Part shown: positions 41,329 through 50,484 of the stretch, one piece after another
Layout: the number at the start of each line of letters is the position of its first letter
How positions within the stretch are numbered: the first letter of the stretch is position 1
NCBI GenBank assembly: GCA_023386885.1
Contig: JAEWIX010000064.1
Location: 103,314 to 167,313, forward strand
DNA: 64,000 bases
Reading direction: 5' to 3'
Origin: Pseudomonadota bacterium
Lineage (GTDB): Bacteria; Pseudomonadota; Alphaproteobacteria; Rhizobiales; Xanthobacteraceae
Program-made: the position numbers and the translations under genes
The notes under the pieces: generated by a model
Told to the model about the DNA's origin: nothing
Databases searched by the model: none
Seen by the model: only the letters and a program-made list of their open reading frames with translations

Positions 41329-41433
41329 CGTCATCCGTCGGTCCTGCGCTGCAGGTCTCGAAGGATGACAGTCAGACGATGGATCATCCTTCGAGGCTCG
41401 CGGCCAGATGCCGCTCGCACCTCAGGGTGACGG
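41329..41433. repeat. pair of inverted palindromic repeat units in the sufB-sufC spacer
   Basis: Unit core is CATCCTTCGAG...(GC hairpin)...GGATGACG. One reverse unit at 41329-41369 and one forward unit at 41384-41433. CTCGAAGGATGA / TCATCCTTCGAG form a 12-bp inverted repeat. Confidence 0.65.
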
Positions 41434-41446
41434 AAAAGGAAATACG

Positions 41447-42205
41447 ATGTCAGCGTTGCTTGAAGTCCGGAATTTGCAGGTTCGCGTCGAGGAGCGGGAA
41501 ATCCTTCACGGGTTGTCGCTCACGGTGAACAAGGGCGAGGTTCATGCCATCATGGGGCCGAACGGCTCCGGCAAATCGACACTCAGCCACGTCATCGCCG
41601 GCAAGCCGGGCTATGAAGTGACCGGCGGCGAAATCTTGTTCAAGGGCGAAGACCTGCTGGAAATGTCGCCGGACGAGCGCGCCGCCAAGGGCGTGTTCCT
41701 GGCGTTTCAGTATCCGGTCGAAATTCCCGGCGTCGCCACCATGACGTTCCTGCGCACCGCGCTCAACGCGCAGCGCAAGGCGCGCGGCGAGAGCGAGTAT
41801 TCGACGCCGGACTTCCTCAAGAAAGTACGTGAGGTTGCAGCCTCGCTGAACATTCCGCAGGAGATGCTGCGGCGTGGCGTCAACGTCGGCTTCTCCGGCG
41901 GTGAGAAGAAGCGCAACGAAGTGTTGCAGATGGCGTTGTTCGAACCGAGCCTGTGCATCCTCGATGAGATGGACTCCGGCCTCGACATCGACGCGCTGCG
42001 GATCGCGGCCGACGGCGTCAACGCGTTGCGCTCGAGCGAACGCGCGATGGTCGTCATCACCCACTATCAGCGGCTGCTGAACTACATCGTGCCGGACTTC
42101 GTGCACGTGATGTCCAAGGGCAGGGTCGTGAAAAGCGGCGGCAAGGAACTGGCGCTCGAACTCGAAGAGTCGGGTTACGCGCAGTTCGAAGATCAGGCGG
42201 CCTGA
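41447..42205 (+). CDS. sufC: Fe-S cluster assembly ATPase SufC
   Basis: Walker A 'GPNGSGKST', ABC signature 'FSGGEKKR'. Start at 'MSALLEVRNLQV'. Confidence 0.95.
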   Translation: MSALLEVRNLQVRVEEREILHGLSLTVNKGEVHAIMGPNGSGKSTLSHVIAGKPGYEVTGGEILFKGEDLLEMSPDERAAKGVFLAFQYPVEIPGVATMTFLRTALNAQRKARGESEYSTPDFLKKVREVAASLNIPQEMLRRGVNVGFSGGEKKRNEVLQMALFEPSLCILDEMDSGLDIDALRIAADGVNALRSSERAMVVITHYQRLLNYIVPDFVHVMSKGRVVKSGGKELALELEESGYAQFEDQAA

Positions 42206-42216
42206 CGGGATCGATC

Positions 42217-43539
42217 ATGAATCTTGCACTGGTTAAGCCAACGATGGACGGGGCAGCGAGCGACATCTTTGTCGCCGTACGCGACCGTCTTCCGGGCAAG
42301 GGACCTGTCGCCGAGGTGCGCCAGGCCGCTTTCGACGATTTCGCCCAAAAGGGTTTGCCGCATCGCCGGGTCGAGGAGTGGAAATACACCGATCTGCGCG
42401 TGTTGATGCGCGAGGTTGCGCCGCTGGCGGCGGCGCCGGATCAAGCCGCGCTCGACCGTGCCAAGACGACGCTGGCATCGCTCGACGTGAACGGCGCGCA
42501 CCGGCTGGTGCTGGTGGATAGCGCGTTTGCACCGCAACTATCCGACGCGGCGAGCGAGACGGGCGTGACCGTGCAGACGCTGCGCGCGATGCTGGAGAAT
42601 GCCGACATCGCCGCGCGCGCCGATCTGCTGCGCACCAGCGTTGCCTCAGATGCGATGATCTCGCTGAATACCGCGATGGCAACCGACGGTGTCGTGATCG
42701 ACGTCGCGGAGAATGCCGCACCCAGCAAGCCGATCCACATCGTTCACGTCTCCACGCAATCGAAAACCGCCGCGTTCACGCGCTCGCTGGTGAAGATCGC
42801 GAACGGCGCGCACGTTACGCTGATCGAGAGCTTTGTCGCCGCCGACGGCGTAGCCACTTATCAGGCGCACGATTCCGTGATGCTGTGGGCAGGCGATGGT
42901 GCTGACGTTCAGCACATTCGCCTGGTCGAGGACGCGCGCGATGCGGCCAATATCGCGACCGCCATCGTCACGCTCGGAGAGCGGACGCAGTATCGTGCGT
43001 TCAATCTCACCAGCGGCGGCGCGGTCTGTCGCTATCAGGCTTTCCTTCGCTTCGGCGGCCAGAACGCGCATGCGGATGTTAACGGCGTCAGCCTGCTGAA
43101 CGGCCGGCAACACGCCGACAACACGCTGGTGCTCGACCACGCGGTCCCACATTGCACCAGCAACGAAGTATTCCGCGCGGTGGTCGACGACCAAGCGCAC
43201 TCGGTATTCCAGGGCCGCATCAACGTGCATCCCGACGCGCAGAAGACCGACGCACGGATGATGACGCGCGCGCTGCTGCTGTCCGACGAGGCCGAGGCCG
43301 ACAACAAGCCGGAGCTGGAAATTTTTGCCGACGACGTTCAATGCGGCCACGGCGCCACCACCGGCGCGCTCGACGACAGCCTGTTGTTCTATCTTCGCGC
43401 GCGCGGCCTGCCGGAAAAGCAAGCGCAGGCGCTGTTGATCCAGGCATTCGTCGGCGAGGCGATGGAATCCATTGCCGATGAATCTCTGCGCGACGTCGCC
43501 ATCGCCACGGCCGAACGCTGGCTTGCGGCGCGAGGTTGA
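42217..43539 (+). CDS. sufD: Fe-S cluster assembly protein SufD
   Basis: 440 aa. Conserved C-terminal 'KPELEIFADDVQCGHGATTGALD' SufBD motif. Operon position. Confidence 0.9.
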   Translation: MNLALVKPTMDGAASDIFVAVRDRLPGKGPVAEVRQAAFDDFAQKGLPHRRVEEWKYTDLRVLMREVAPLAAAPDQAALDRAKTTLASLDVNGAHRLVLVDSAFAPQLSDAASETGVTVQTLRAMLENADIAARADLLRTSVASDAMISLNTAMATDGVVIDVAENAAPSKPIHIVHVSTQSKTAAFTRSLVKIANGAHVTLIESFVAADGVATYQAHDSVMLWAGDGADVQHIRLVEDARDAANIATAIVTLGERTQYRAFNLTSGGAVCRYQAFLRFGGQNAHADVNGVSLLNGRQHADNTLVLDHAVPHCTSNEVFRAVVDDQAHSVFQGRINVHPDAQKTDARMMTRALLLSDEAEADNKPELEIFADDVQCGHGATTGALDDSLLFYLRARGLPEKQAQALLIQAFVGEAMESIADESLRDVAIATAERWLAARG

Positions 43540-43545
43540 GACATC

Positions 43546-43649
43546 GCATCCTTCGAGACCCGGCCTTTGGCCGGGCACCTCAGGATGACGGCGAACGAGT
43601 TGATTGCGTCATCCTGAGGTGCGAGCGAAAGCGAGCCTCGAAGGATGAC
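43546..43649. repeat. pair of inverted palindromic repeat units in the sufD-sufS spacer (same family as 41329-41433)
   Basis: Forward unit at 43546-43591 and reverse unit at 43607-43649. CACCTCAGGATGACG / CGTCATCCTGAGGTG (15 bp) and CATCCTTCGAG / CTCGAAGGATG (11 bp) are nested inverted repeats. Confidence 0.7.
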
Positions 43650-43663
43650 AGGAAGAGAAGCAA

Positions 43664-44908
43664 ATGACGCATCCTGCCGTCGCAAACGGAGCCTATGACG
43701 TGGAGCGCGTGCGGGAGGATTTCCCGGCGCTGGCGATGCAGGTCTACGGCAAGCCGCTGGTCTATCTCGACAACGCCGCGTCGGCGCAGAAGCCGAACGT
43801 GGTGCTTGACCGCATGACGCAAGCCTACCGCTCCGAATACGCCAACGTGCATCGCGGCCTGCACTACCTCGCCAACGCCGCGACCGAAGCCTATGAGGGC
43901 GGCCGGGCGAAAGCGGCGGCTTTTCTCAACGCGCGGCGCAACGAGGAAATCATCTTCACGCGCAACGCGACCGAAGCGCTCAATCTGGTGGCATCGTCGT
44001 GGGGTGAGCCGAACATCAAGGCCGGCGACGAGATCGTGCTCTCGATCATGGAGCATCACTCCAACATCGTGCCGTGGCATTTTCTGCGCGAGCGCCATGG
44101 CGCGGTGATCAAATGGGCGCCGGTCGACGACGAGGGCAACTTCCTGATCGACGAATTCGAGAAGCTGCTGACGCCGAAGACCAAGATTGTCGCCATCACC
44201 CAGATGTCGAATGCGCTCGGCACCATCGTGCCGGTCAAGGAGGTGACGCGCATCGCGCACGCGCATGGCGTTCCCGTGCTGGTGGACGGCAGTCAGGGCG
44301 CGGTGCATCTCGACATCGACGTGCAGGACATCGACTGCGATTTCTATGTCTTCACCGGCCACAAGGTTTACGGACCGACCGGCATCGGTGTGCTCTACGC
44401 CAAGTACGATCACCTCGTCGCCATGCGCCCCTATAACGGCGGCGGGGAAATGATCCGCGACGTCGGACGCGATTTCGTCACCTACGGCGATCCGCCGCAC
44501 AAGTTCGAGGCCGGCACGCCCGCGATCGTCGAAGCCATCGGCTTGGGTACCGCCATCGATTACGTCAACTCGATCGGCAAGGCGCGCATCGCGGCGCACG
44601 AGCACGATCTCCTGACCTATGCACAGGATCGCCTGCGCGAAATCAATTCGCTGCGGATCATCGGCACCGCCAAGAACAAGGGACCGGTGATCTCGTTCGA
44701 ACTCAAGGGCGCGCATCCCCATGACGTCGCCACCGTGATCGACCGGGCAGGGGTCGCGGTGCGGGCCGGCACCCATTGCGTGATGCCGCTTTTGGAACGG
44801 TTCAACGTCACGGCCACGTGCCGGGCGTCATTTGGCCTGTATAATACGCGCGCCGAAGTCGACCATCTGGCGGAGGCGCTGCTCAAGGCGCGGGATTTGT
44901 TCTCATGA
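43664..44908 (+). CDS. sufS: cysteine desulfurase SufS
   Basis: 414 aa. PLP lysine 'FTGHKVYGPTGIGVLY', catalytic Cys loop 'RAGTHCVMP'. Confidence 0.93.
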   Translation: MTHPAVANGAYDVERVREDFPALAMQVYGKPLVYLDNAASAQKPNVVLDRMTQAYRSEYANVHRGLHYLANAATEAYEGGRAKAAAFLNARRNEEIIFTRNATEALNLVASSWGEPNIKAGDEIVLSIMEHHSNIVPWHFLRERHGAVIKWAPVDDEGNFLIDEFEKLLTPKTKIVAITQMSNALGTIVPVKEVTRIAHAHGVPVLVDGSQGAVHLDIDVQDIDCDFYVFTGHKVYGPTGIGVLYAKYDHLVAMRPYNGGGEMIRDVGRDFVTYGDPPHKFEAGTPAIVEAIGLGTAIDYVNSIGKARIAAHEHDLLTYAQDRLREINSLRIIGTAKNKGPVISFELKGAHPHDVATVIDRAGVAVRAGTHCVMPLLERFNVTATCRASFGLYNTRAEVDHLAEALLKARDLFS

Positions 44909-45282
44909 CGGATACTGCTGACACGAAGACCGCTGCTGCCAACGTGCAGACCATATCGGCGCTGCCGGCGGAAGAAACCGAACGGCTCGGCGTTGAGATC
45001 GTTGCCGCGCTGAAAACCGTGTTCGACCCTGAAATTCCAGCGGACATCTATGAACTCGGGCTGATCTACAAGGTCGATATCAAAGACGATCGTTCCGTCG
45101 ATATCGAGATGACACTGACTACGCCGAACTGTCCGGCCGCCGCCGAACTGCCGACCATGGTGGAGAACGCCGTTGCCAGCGTCGCCGGCATCGGCATCGT
45201 CAACGTCAGCATCGTCTGGGAGCCGGCCTGGACCCCCGAACGCATGAGCGACGAAGCGCGCCTTGTCCTGAATATGTGGTAA
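44905..45282 (+). CDS. sufT: SUF-system DUF59-type Fe-S assembly protein (SufT-like)
   Basis: 125 aa. 'DPEIPADIYELGLIY' and 'TLTTPNCPAA' DUF59 motifs. ATGA overlap with sufS. Confidence 0.8.
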   Translation: MTDTADTKTAAANVQTISALPAEETERLGVEIVAALKTVFDPEIPADIYELGLIYKVDIKDDRSVDIEMTLTTPNCPAAAELPTMVENAVASVAGIGIVNVSIVWEPAWTPERMSDEARLVLNMW

Positions 45283-45294
45283 GGCGGCTTCGCG

Positions 45295-45708
45295 ATGCCG
45301 AAGCTCGCCGGCGTCATCGAAACCGCGCTCTACGTCGACGATCTCACGCGTGCGATCACATTCTATCGCGACATTCTTGGCGTTGCCGCGCTGAATCAGG
45401 ACGCGCGGTTCGCGGCATTCGATGTCGGCGGCCACAGCGTCCTACTGCTGTTCAAGCGTGGCGCAACGCTGGAAACCGTGCATCTGCCGGGCGGCACCAT
45501 CCCACCGCATGACGGGCATGGACCGTTACACATCGCGTTCGCGGTGACGACGAATGAGTTGCCGGCGTGGGAAAGGCGTCTGGTAGAGCAGGGCGTTGTC
45601 ATCGAGGCCCGCACCGCGTGGCCGCGCGGCGGCCACAGCATCTATTTCCGCGATCCCGACAACCACCTGCTGGAGCTGGTGACGCCCGGCGTCTGGGCGA
45701 TCTACTAG
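45295..45708 (+). CDS. VOC-family (glyoxalase/bleomycin-resistance fold) protein
   Basis: 137 aa. 'LYVDDLTRAITFYRDILG' and 'HIAFAV' / 'SIYFRDPDNHLLEL' beta-alpha-beta-beta-beta module motifs. Starts 12 nt after sufT. Confidence 0.75.
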   Translation: MPKLAGVIETALYVDDLTRAITFYRDILGVAALNQDARFAAFDVGGHSVLLLFKRGATLETVHLPGGTIPPHDGHGPLHIAFAVTTNELPAWERRLVEQGVVIEARTAWPRGGHSIYFRDPDNHLLELVTPGVWAIY

Positions 45709-46913
45709 ATCGCACTTCGATCGATCACCGCGCCGGCGTTGCACAGCGCGTTGATGTCCGCCTCAGGGTAGCCGTTGTCGCGCAACACTTGCCGGCTGTG
45801 CTGGCCGAGATCGGGCGAGGGTGTCAGGTCATCTTCCGCGAACCCGTTCGCGCCTGGCGTTCGCGCGGCATAGATCGCTCCGACACCGGGTGTCTCGACG
45901 CGAACCGCGCTGCGAATTGCAGTTACGTGCGGCTCGGCCAGCCACTCACCGGGATCGAGAATGCGCTCGGCGATGATATCGGCGGCGTGCAGGGCGGTCA
46001 GCCATTCGCGCGTCGTCTTTGTCAGCAACGTCGCACGAACCTCGGCAATCAAGGAATCCGCCGCATCCGCTCGCTTGGCAAAATCCGCAAACCTCGGATC
46101 CATGGCAAGGTCGTCGCGACCGAGTGCGGTGCACAGCCGCCGATACTGCGGCTCGTTCACCAGCGTCACCATCAGCCAGCCGTCCTTGGTGCGATACGAT
46201 CCCGCCGGCACGTTGAGTGCACGCGGCGCGCCGCCTTCCAATACATGCTCCGCGAATTTGTGACCGAGCAAGGCAGCGGTCGATTGCGTCAGGCTGATAT
46301 CGATCCGGCGCCCGGTGCCAATGCTGGCACGTGCGAACAGCGCCGCGCCGACCGCCTGAAATGCGTAGGCGCCGGTCGCGACATCGGAGATCGGCGTGCC
46401 GACGCGGTGAGGGATTCCATCGTCACCGCGATTGATGGACACAAGACCCGCGAAAGCCTGCGCGACGGAATCGGAGCAGGGCCGGTCCGAGGAGGGACCC
46501 GCCTGCCCGAATCCGCTCACCGACAGATAGATGAGCCGTGGATTGTCGCGGCTCAATTCCTCGTAGCCGAGCCCGAGCCGCGCCGCGACGCCCGGCCGAA
46601 AGCCCTCGATGAAAATATCGCTGTCCGCGGCCAGCCGTTGCGCCACGGCGCGCCCGTCAGCGGATTTGAGGTCGAGGCACAGGCTACGCTTGCCGCGATT
46701 GAACACCGCTGAGATCGCGGTGTGGCGGCCGTAAGCCGTGCCCAGCCGTCGCGACCAGTCACCTTCGGGCGGCTCGAGTTTGATCACCTCGGCCCCGTGA
46801 GCTGCCAGCAACAGGCCGCAATAGGGTGAGGCAATGCCCTGGCCACAATCGAGTACGCGGATGCCGCGATACGGCGCTTCGTGGGTCGGGCCCAATCGAT
46901 CGTGGTCGGCCAT
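45705..46913 (-). CDS. family III (CaiB/BaiF) CoA-transferase
   Basis: 'GIRVLDCGQGIASPYCGLLLAAHGAEVIKLEPPEGD' N-terminal signature. ATG at 46913 is preceded by GGAGAA. The track ORF extends to 47045. Confidence 0.85.
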   Translation of the reverse strand: MADHDRLGPTHEAPYRGIRVLDCGQGIASPYCGLLLAAHGAEVIKLEPPEGDWSRRLGTAYGRHTAISAVFNRGKRSLCLDLKSADGRAVAQRLAADSDIFIEGFRPGVAARLGLGYEELSRDNPRLIYLSVSGFGQAGPSSDRPCSDSVAQAFAGLVSINRGDDGIPHRVGTPISDVATGAYAFQAVGAALFARASIGTGRRIDISLTQSTAALLGHKFAEHVLEGGAPRALNVPAGSYRTKDGWLMVTLVNEPQYRRLCTALGRDDLAMDPRFADFAKRADAADSLIAEVRATLLTKTTREWLTALHAADIIAERILDPGEWLAEPHVTAIRSAVRVETPGVGAIYAARTPGANGFAEDDLTPSPDLGQHSRQVLRDNGYPEADINALCNAGAVIDRSAI

Positions 46914-47147
46914 TGTTGTTCTCCGATCTTGGGCGCCGCCAACGATGACGTCGATTGCTGTGCGCCATTTTTGAATCCCCAACTGCAATCCATCATTGTC
47001 CGTGCGATCTGGCAACGCCAGCACCGACAGGCCGGAACAACTCAATGCCGTCCATCAAATGCACCGACGGGGATAGAAGGACGCGCGAAGCGAAGCGCAT
47101 AGGAGGTCGTCTCGACGGTTATGCGGCTGCACCTGACGTCGAATGCC

Positions 47148-47167
47148 TACGGATGGCCATATCCGTA
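47148..47167. promoter_or_regulatory. operator-like palindrome TACGGAT-N6-ATCCGTA next to an AT-rich tract
   Basis: Perfect 7-bp arms at 47148-47154 and 47161-47167, followed by an unusually AT-rich ~60 bp, in the 529-bp divergent spacer between the CoA-transferase and TRAP genes. Confidence 0.3.
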
Positions 47168-47442
47168 ATTCGCATAAGGTATATTATGGAATATAAATAC
47201 CACATCAATTTCAGCGAACTAGACTTGTTTTCTCATCTTTCCCTCTGCAGCCACCGAAGGCGCCGGCTCGACGTGACGCATAGTCCGATGCGGCTGCAAC
47301 GGCGCTATCCAACGATCGTCGATCTAAAAACGCTTGACCGGGCCATCGTAGGATGCTGACCAGTAGCGCGGTCCGGGTGACCGGCGCTCAGCGTTGTTTC
47401 GCAACAATTGGTATTGCAAGAAAAAGATCAGGGAGACGATCG

Positions 47443-48462
47443 ATGCGTTTTTCACGTCGGACTTTGTTGAAGGCTTCCGCCGCCGCCGGTGTCATGGGCA
47501 GCCTCGGCGCGCCTCTGGTGGCGCGCGCTCAACAAGCCGAATTCACCTATAAGTACGCAAACAACCTGCCGGACTCCCATCCACTGAACGTGCGCGCCAA
47601 GGAGATGTCGGCGGCGATCAAGACCCAGACCAACGGCCGCTTCGATCTGCAAATCTTCCCGAACAACCAACTCGGGTCCGATACCGACATGCTCAGCCAG
47701 ATTCGATCCGGCGGCGTCGAGTTTTTCACACTGTCGGGCCTGATCCTGTCCACACTGGTGCCGGCTGCTTCGATCAATGGCATCGGCTTCGCGTTCCCGG
47801 ACTACGCCACGGTCTGGAAGGCCATGGACGGCTATCTCGGCGCCTATGTGCGCGGCCAGATCAATAAAGCCAACCTGATCGTGATGGACAAGATCTGGGA
47901 CAACGGCTTCCGCCAGACCACGTCGTCGACCAAGCCGATCAACGGTCCGGATGACTTCAAGGGCTTCAAGATCCGCGTGCCGGTGTCGCCGCTGTGGACC
48001 TCGATGTTCAAGGCATTCGACGCCTCGCCGGCCTCGATCAATTTCAGCGAAGTGTATTCGGCGCTGCAAACCAAGATCGTCGAAGGGCAGGAGAACCCCC
48101 TCGCCCTGATCTCGACCGCAAAGCTGTACGAAGTGCAGAAATATTGCTCGCTCACCAATCACATGTGGGACGGCTTCTGGTTCCTGGCCAACCGCCGGGC
48201 TTGGGAGAAGCTTCCAGCCGACGTGCGCGACATCGTCGCCAAGAATATCAACGCTGCGGCCGTGAAGGAACGCGCCGACACCGAGAAGCTCAACGCCACG
48301 GTGATGGAAGAACTGAAGGGCAAGGGCCTGATCTTCAACCAGCCCCAGGTGGCTCCGTTCCGTCAGAAACTGCGCGACGCCAAGTTCTACGCCGAGTGGA
48401 AGGGCAAGTATGGCGAGCAGGCGTGGGAGCTGCTGGAGAAGTCGGTCGGCAAGCTCGCTTAA
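47443..48462 (+). CDS. TRAP transporter substrate-binding protein (DctP family)
   Basis: Tat-like signal 'MRFSRRTLLKASAAAGVMG', DctP-family body. GGGAG SD precedes the ATG at 47443. Confidence 0.85.
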   Translation: MRFSRRTLLKASAAAGVMGSLGAPLVARAQQAEFTYKYANNLPDSHPLNVRAKEMSAAIKTQTNGRFDLQIFPNNQLGSDTDMLSQIRSGGVEFFTLSGLILSTLVPAASINGIGFAFPDYATVWKAMDGYLGAYVRGQINKANLIVMDKIWDNGFRQTTSSTKPINGPDDFKGFKIRVPVSPLWTSMFKAFDASPASINFSEVYSALQTKIVEGQENPLALISTAKLYEVQKYCSLTNHMWDGFWFLANRRAWEKLPADVRDIVAKNINAAAVKERADTEKLNATVMEELKGKGLIFNQPQVAPFRQKLRDAKFYAEWKGKYGEQAWELLEKSVGKLA

Positions 48463-48488
48463 GCCGCTGCGCGTAACGGATCGCGACG

Positions 48489-50372
48489 GTGCACATTGAA
48501 ACATCGGATCTGCCGGTCGGCGCGAAGGTTTCCACACCTCCGCGCCGCTCGGTGCTGGGAACGTTCGATCATTGGCTTGGGCTGCTGGTCGAAATTCCGA
48601 CGGCGGTGCTGGTGGTGGTCGAGATCATCATCCTGTTTGCCGGCGTGGTGTCGCGCTACGTCTTTCACAGTCCGCTGATTTGGTCGGACGAACTGGCCTC
48701 GATCCTGTTTCTCTGGCTCGCCATGCTGGGCGCCGTGTTGGCGCTGCGCCGGTCCGAGCACATGCGGATGACGGCACTGGTCGCAGGCTCTCGGCCGGCG
48801 ATGCGCGCCTATCTCGAAACCGTGGCACTCTGCTCGGCGCTGGCCTTCCTGGCGCTGATTGCCCTGCCATCGTGGGAATATGCCTACGAGGAAAGCTTCA
48901 TCACCACACCGGCGCTGGAGATATCCAATAGCTGGCGCGCGGCCGCGCTGCCGGTCGGCATCGGTTTGATGGGGATATTCGCCCTGCTCCAACTGACGCG
49001 TATTCGCAATATCCGCGTGTTGCTTGCGGCGCTTGTTTCCGTGGCCGTGGTGATTGCCGTGCTGTGGTTGTTGCAACCCTGGCTGCGGCAACTCGGCAAC
49101 CTCAACCTGATCATTTTCTTTGTGCTGGTAGCCGGCTCCTGCGTGCTGGCGGGAGTGCCGATCGCGTTCGCATTCGGCCTGGCGGTGCTGGGCTATCTGG
49201 CGTTGACGACCCATACGCCGCTGATGGTGCTGGTCGGCCGGATGGACGAGGGCATGAGCCATCTCATCCTGCTGGCGGTGCCGCTGTTCGTCTTCCTTGG
49301 GCTACTGATCGAAATGACCGGCATGGCGCGCGCTATGGTCGGCTTCCTCGCCAATCTGCTCGGTCATGTCCGTGGTGGCCTGCATTACGTGCTGATCGGC
49401 GCGATGTATCTCGTATCCGGCATTTCCGGTTCAAAAGCCGCCGACATGGCGGCCGTGGCGCCGGTGCTGTTTCCCGAAATGAAGACGCGCGGTGCCAAGC
49501 CGGGCGATTTGGTCGCCCTGCTCTCGGCCACCGGCGCGCAAACCGAGACCATTCCGCCGAGCCTTGTCTTGATCACCATCGGCTCCGTCACAGGCGTGTC
49601 GATCGCGGCATTGTTCACTGGCGGCATGTTGCCCGGCGCGGTGCTGGCGGTGACGTTGTCGGCGCTGGTGTGGTGGCGCTATCGCCATGAAGACCTTGGG
49701 CATGTCGAGAAGGTCGGCCTGCCGGAAATCCTCCGCAGCTTCGTCGTCGCCCTGCCCGCGCTGGCGCTGCCGTTCGTGATCCGCGCCGCCGTGGTCGAAG
49801 GCGTCGCCACCGCGACCGAGGTGTCGACTATCGGCATCGTCTATGCCGTGGTGATCGGTCTCGTCATCTATCGCCAGTTCGATTGGCGGCGCCTGCGCCC
49901 GATGCTGATCGAGACGGCGAGCTTGTCCGGCGCGATCCTGTTCATCATCGGCACCGCAACCGGCATGGCTTGGGGACTGACGCAGTCCGGCTTCTCGCGC
50001 TCGCTGGCGGCGGCAATGACCGGCCTGCCTGGCGGTTCGACCACCTTCATCGCAGTATCGATCATTGCCTTCATGATTCTCGGCAGCGTGCTGGAAGGCA
50101 TTCCGGCGATCGTGCTGTTTGGACCGTTGCTGTTTCCGATCGCCCAGGCAGTCGGCGTGCACGAGGTCCATTACGCGATGATCGTGATCCTCGCGATGGG
50201 AATCGGATTGTTCGCGCCGCCGTTCGGCGTAGGCTATTATGCGGCTTGCGCGGTCGGGCGTGTCGATCCTGCCGAGGGCGTCAAGCCGATCCTCGGCTAC
50301 ATGCTCGCGCTTCTGGTCGGACTGATCGTGGTCGCAGCCGTTCCGTGGATATCGATTGGGTTTATAAAGTGA
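48489..50372 (+). CDS. TRAP transporter fused small/large permease (DctQ-DctM)
   Basis: 627 aa. N-terminal ~170-aa DctQ-like four-helix part, then a DctM-like multi-helix body. Confidence 0.85.
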   Translation: MHIETSDLPVGAKVSTPPRRSVLGTFDHWLGLLVEIPTAVLVVVEIIILFAGVVSRYVFHSPLIWSDELASILFLWLAMLGAVLALRRSEHMRMTALVAGSRPAMRAYLETVALCSALAFLALIALPSWEYAYEESFITTPALEISNSWRAAALPVGIGLMGIFALLQLTRIRNIRVLLAALVSVAVVIAVLWLLQPWLRQLGNLNLIIFFVLVAGSCVLAGVPIAFAFGLAVLGYLALTTHTPLMVLVGRMDEGMSHLILLAVPLFVFLGLLIEMTGMARAMVGFLANLLGHVRGGLHYVLIGAMYLVSGISGSKAADMAAVAPVLFPEMKTRGAKPGDLVALLSATGAQTETIPPSLVLITIGSVTGVSIAALFTGGMLPGAVLAVTLSALVWWRYRHEDLGHVEKVGLPEILRSFVVALPALALPFVIRAAVVEGVATATEVSTIGIVYAVVIGLVIYRQFDWRRLRPMLIETASLSGAILFIIGTATGMAWGLTQSGFSRSLAAAMTGLPGGSTTFIAVSIIAFMILGSVLEGIPAIVLFGPLLFPIAQAVGVHEVHYAMIVILAMGIGLFAPPFGVGYYAACAVGRVDPAEGVKPILGYMLALLVGLIVVAAVPWISIGFIK

Positions 50373-50484
50373 TTAATTACAAAATCTTGCGCCAATAGGC
50401 TTGACCATCTTGTTATGAATCCGGCGCATTCTAACAAAATAGATCAAACACCATATGTAAGATTTTGATCAAGCGGTGATTTTC

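Noticed and set aside
45705-45708. Palindromic CTAG shared by the convergent VOC and CoA-transferase stop codons
   Set aside because: A 4-nt convergent stop overlap is a trivial consequence of TAG on both strands, and no further structure surrounds it.
46955-47359. A 134-aa plus-strand ORF in the CoA-transferase / TRAP spacer
   Set aside because: It crosses the AT-rich island and the palindrome, has no SD, and gives an odd, non-genome-like composition ('IRIRYIMEYKYHINF'). The region is better explained as a regulatory spacer.
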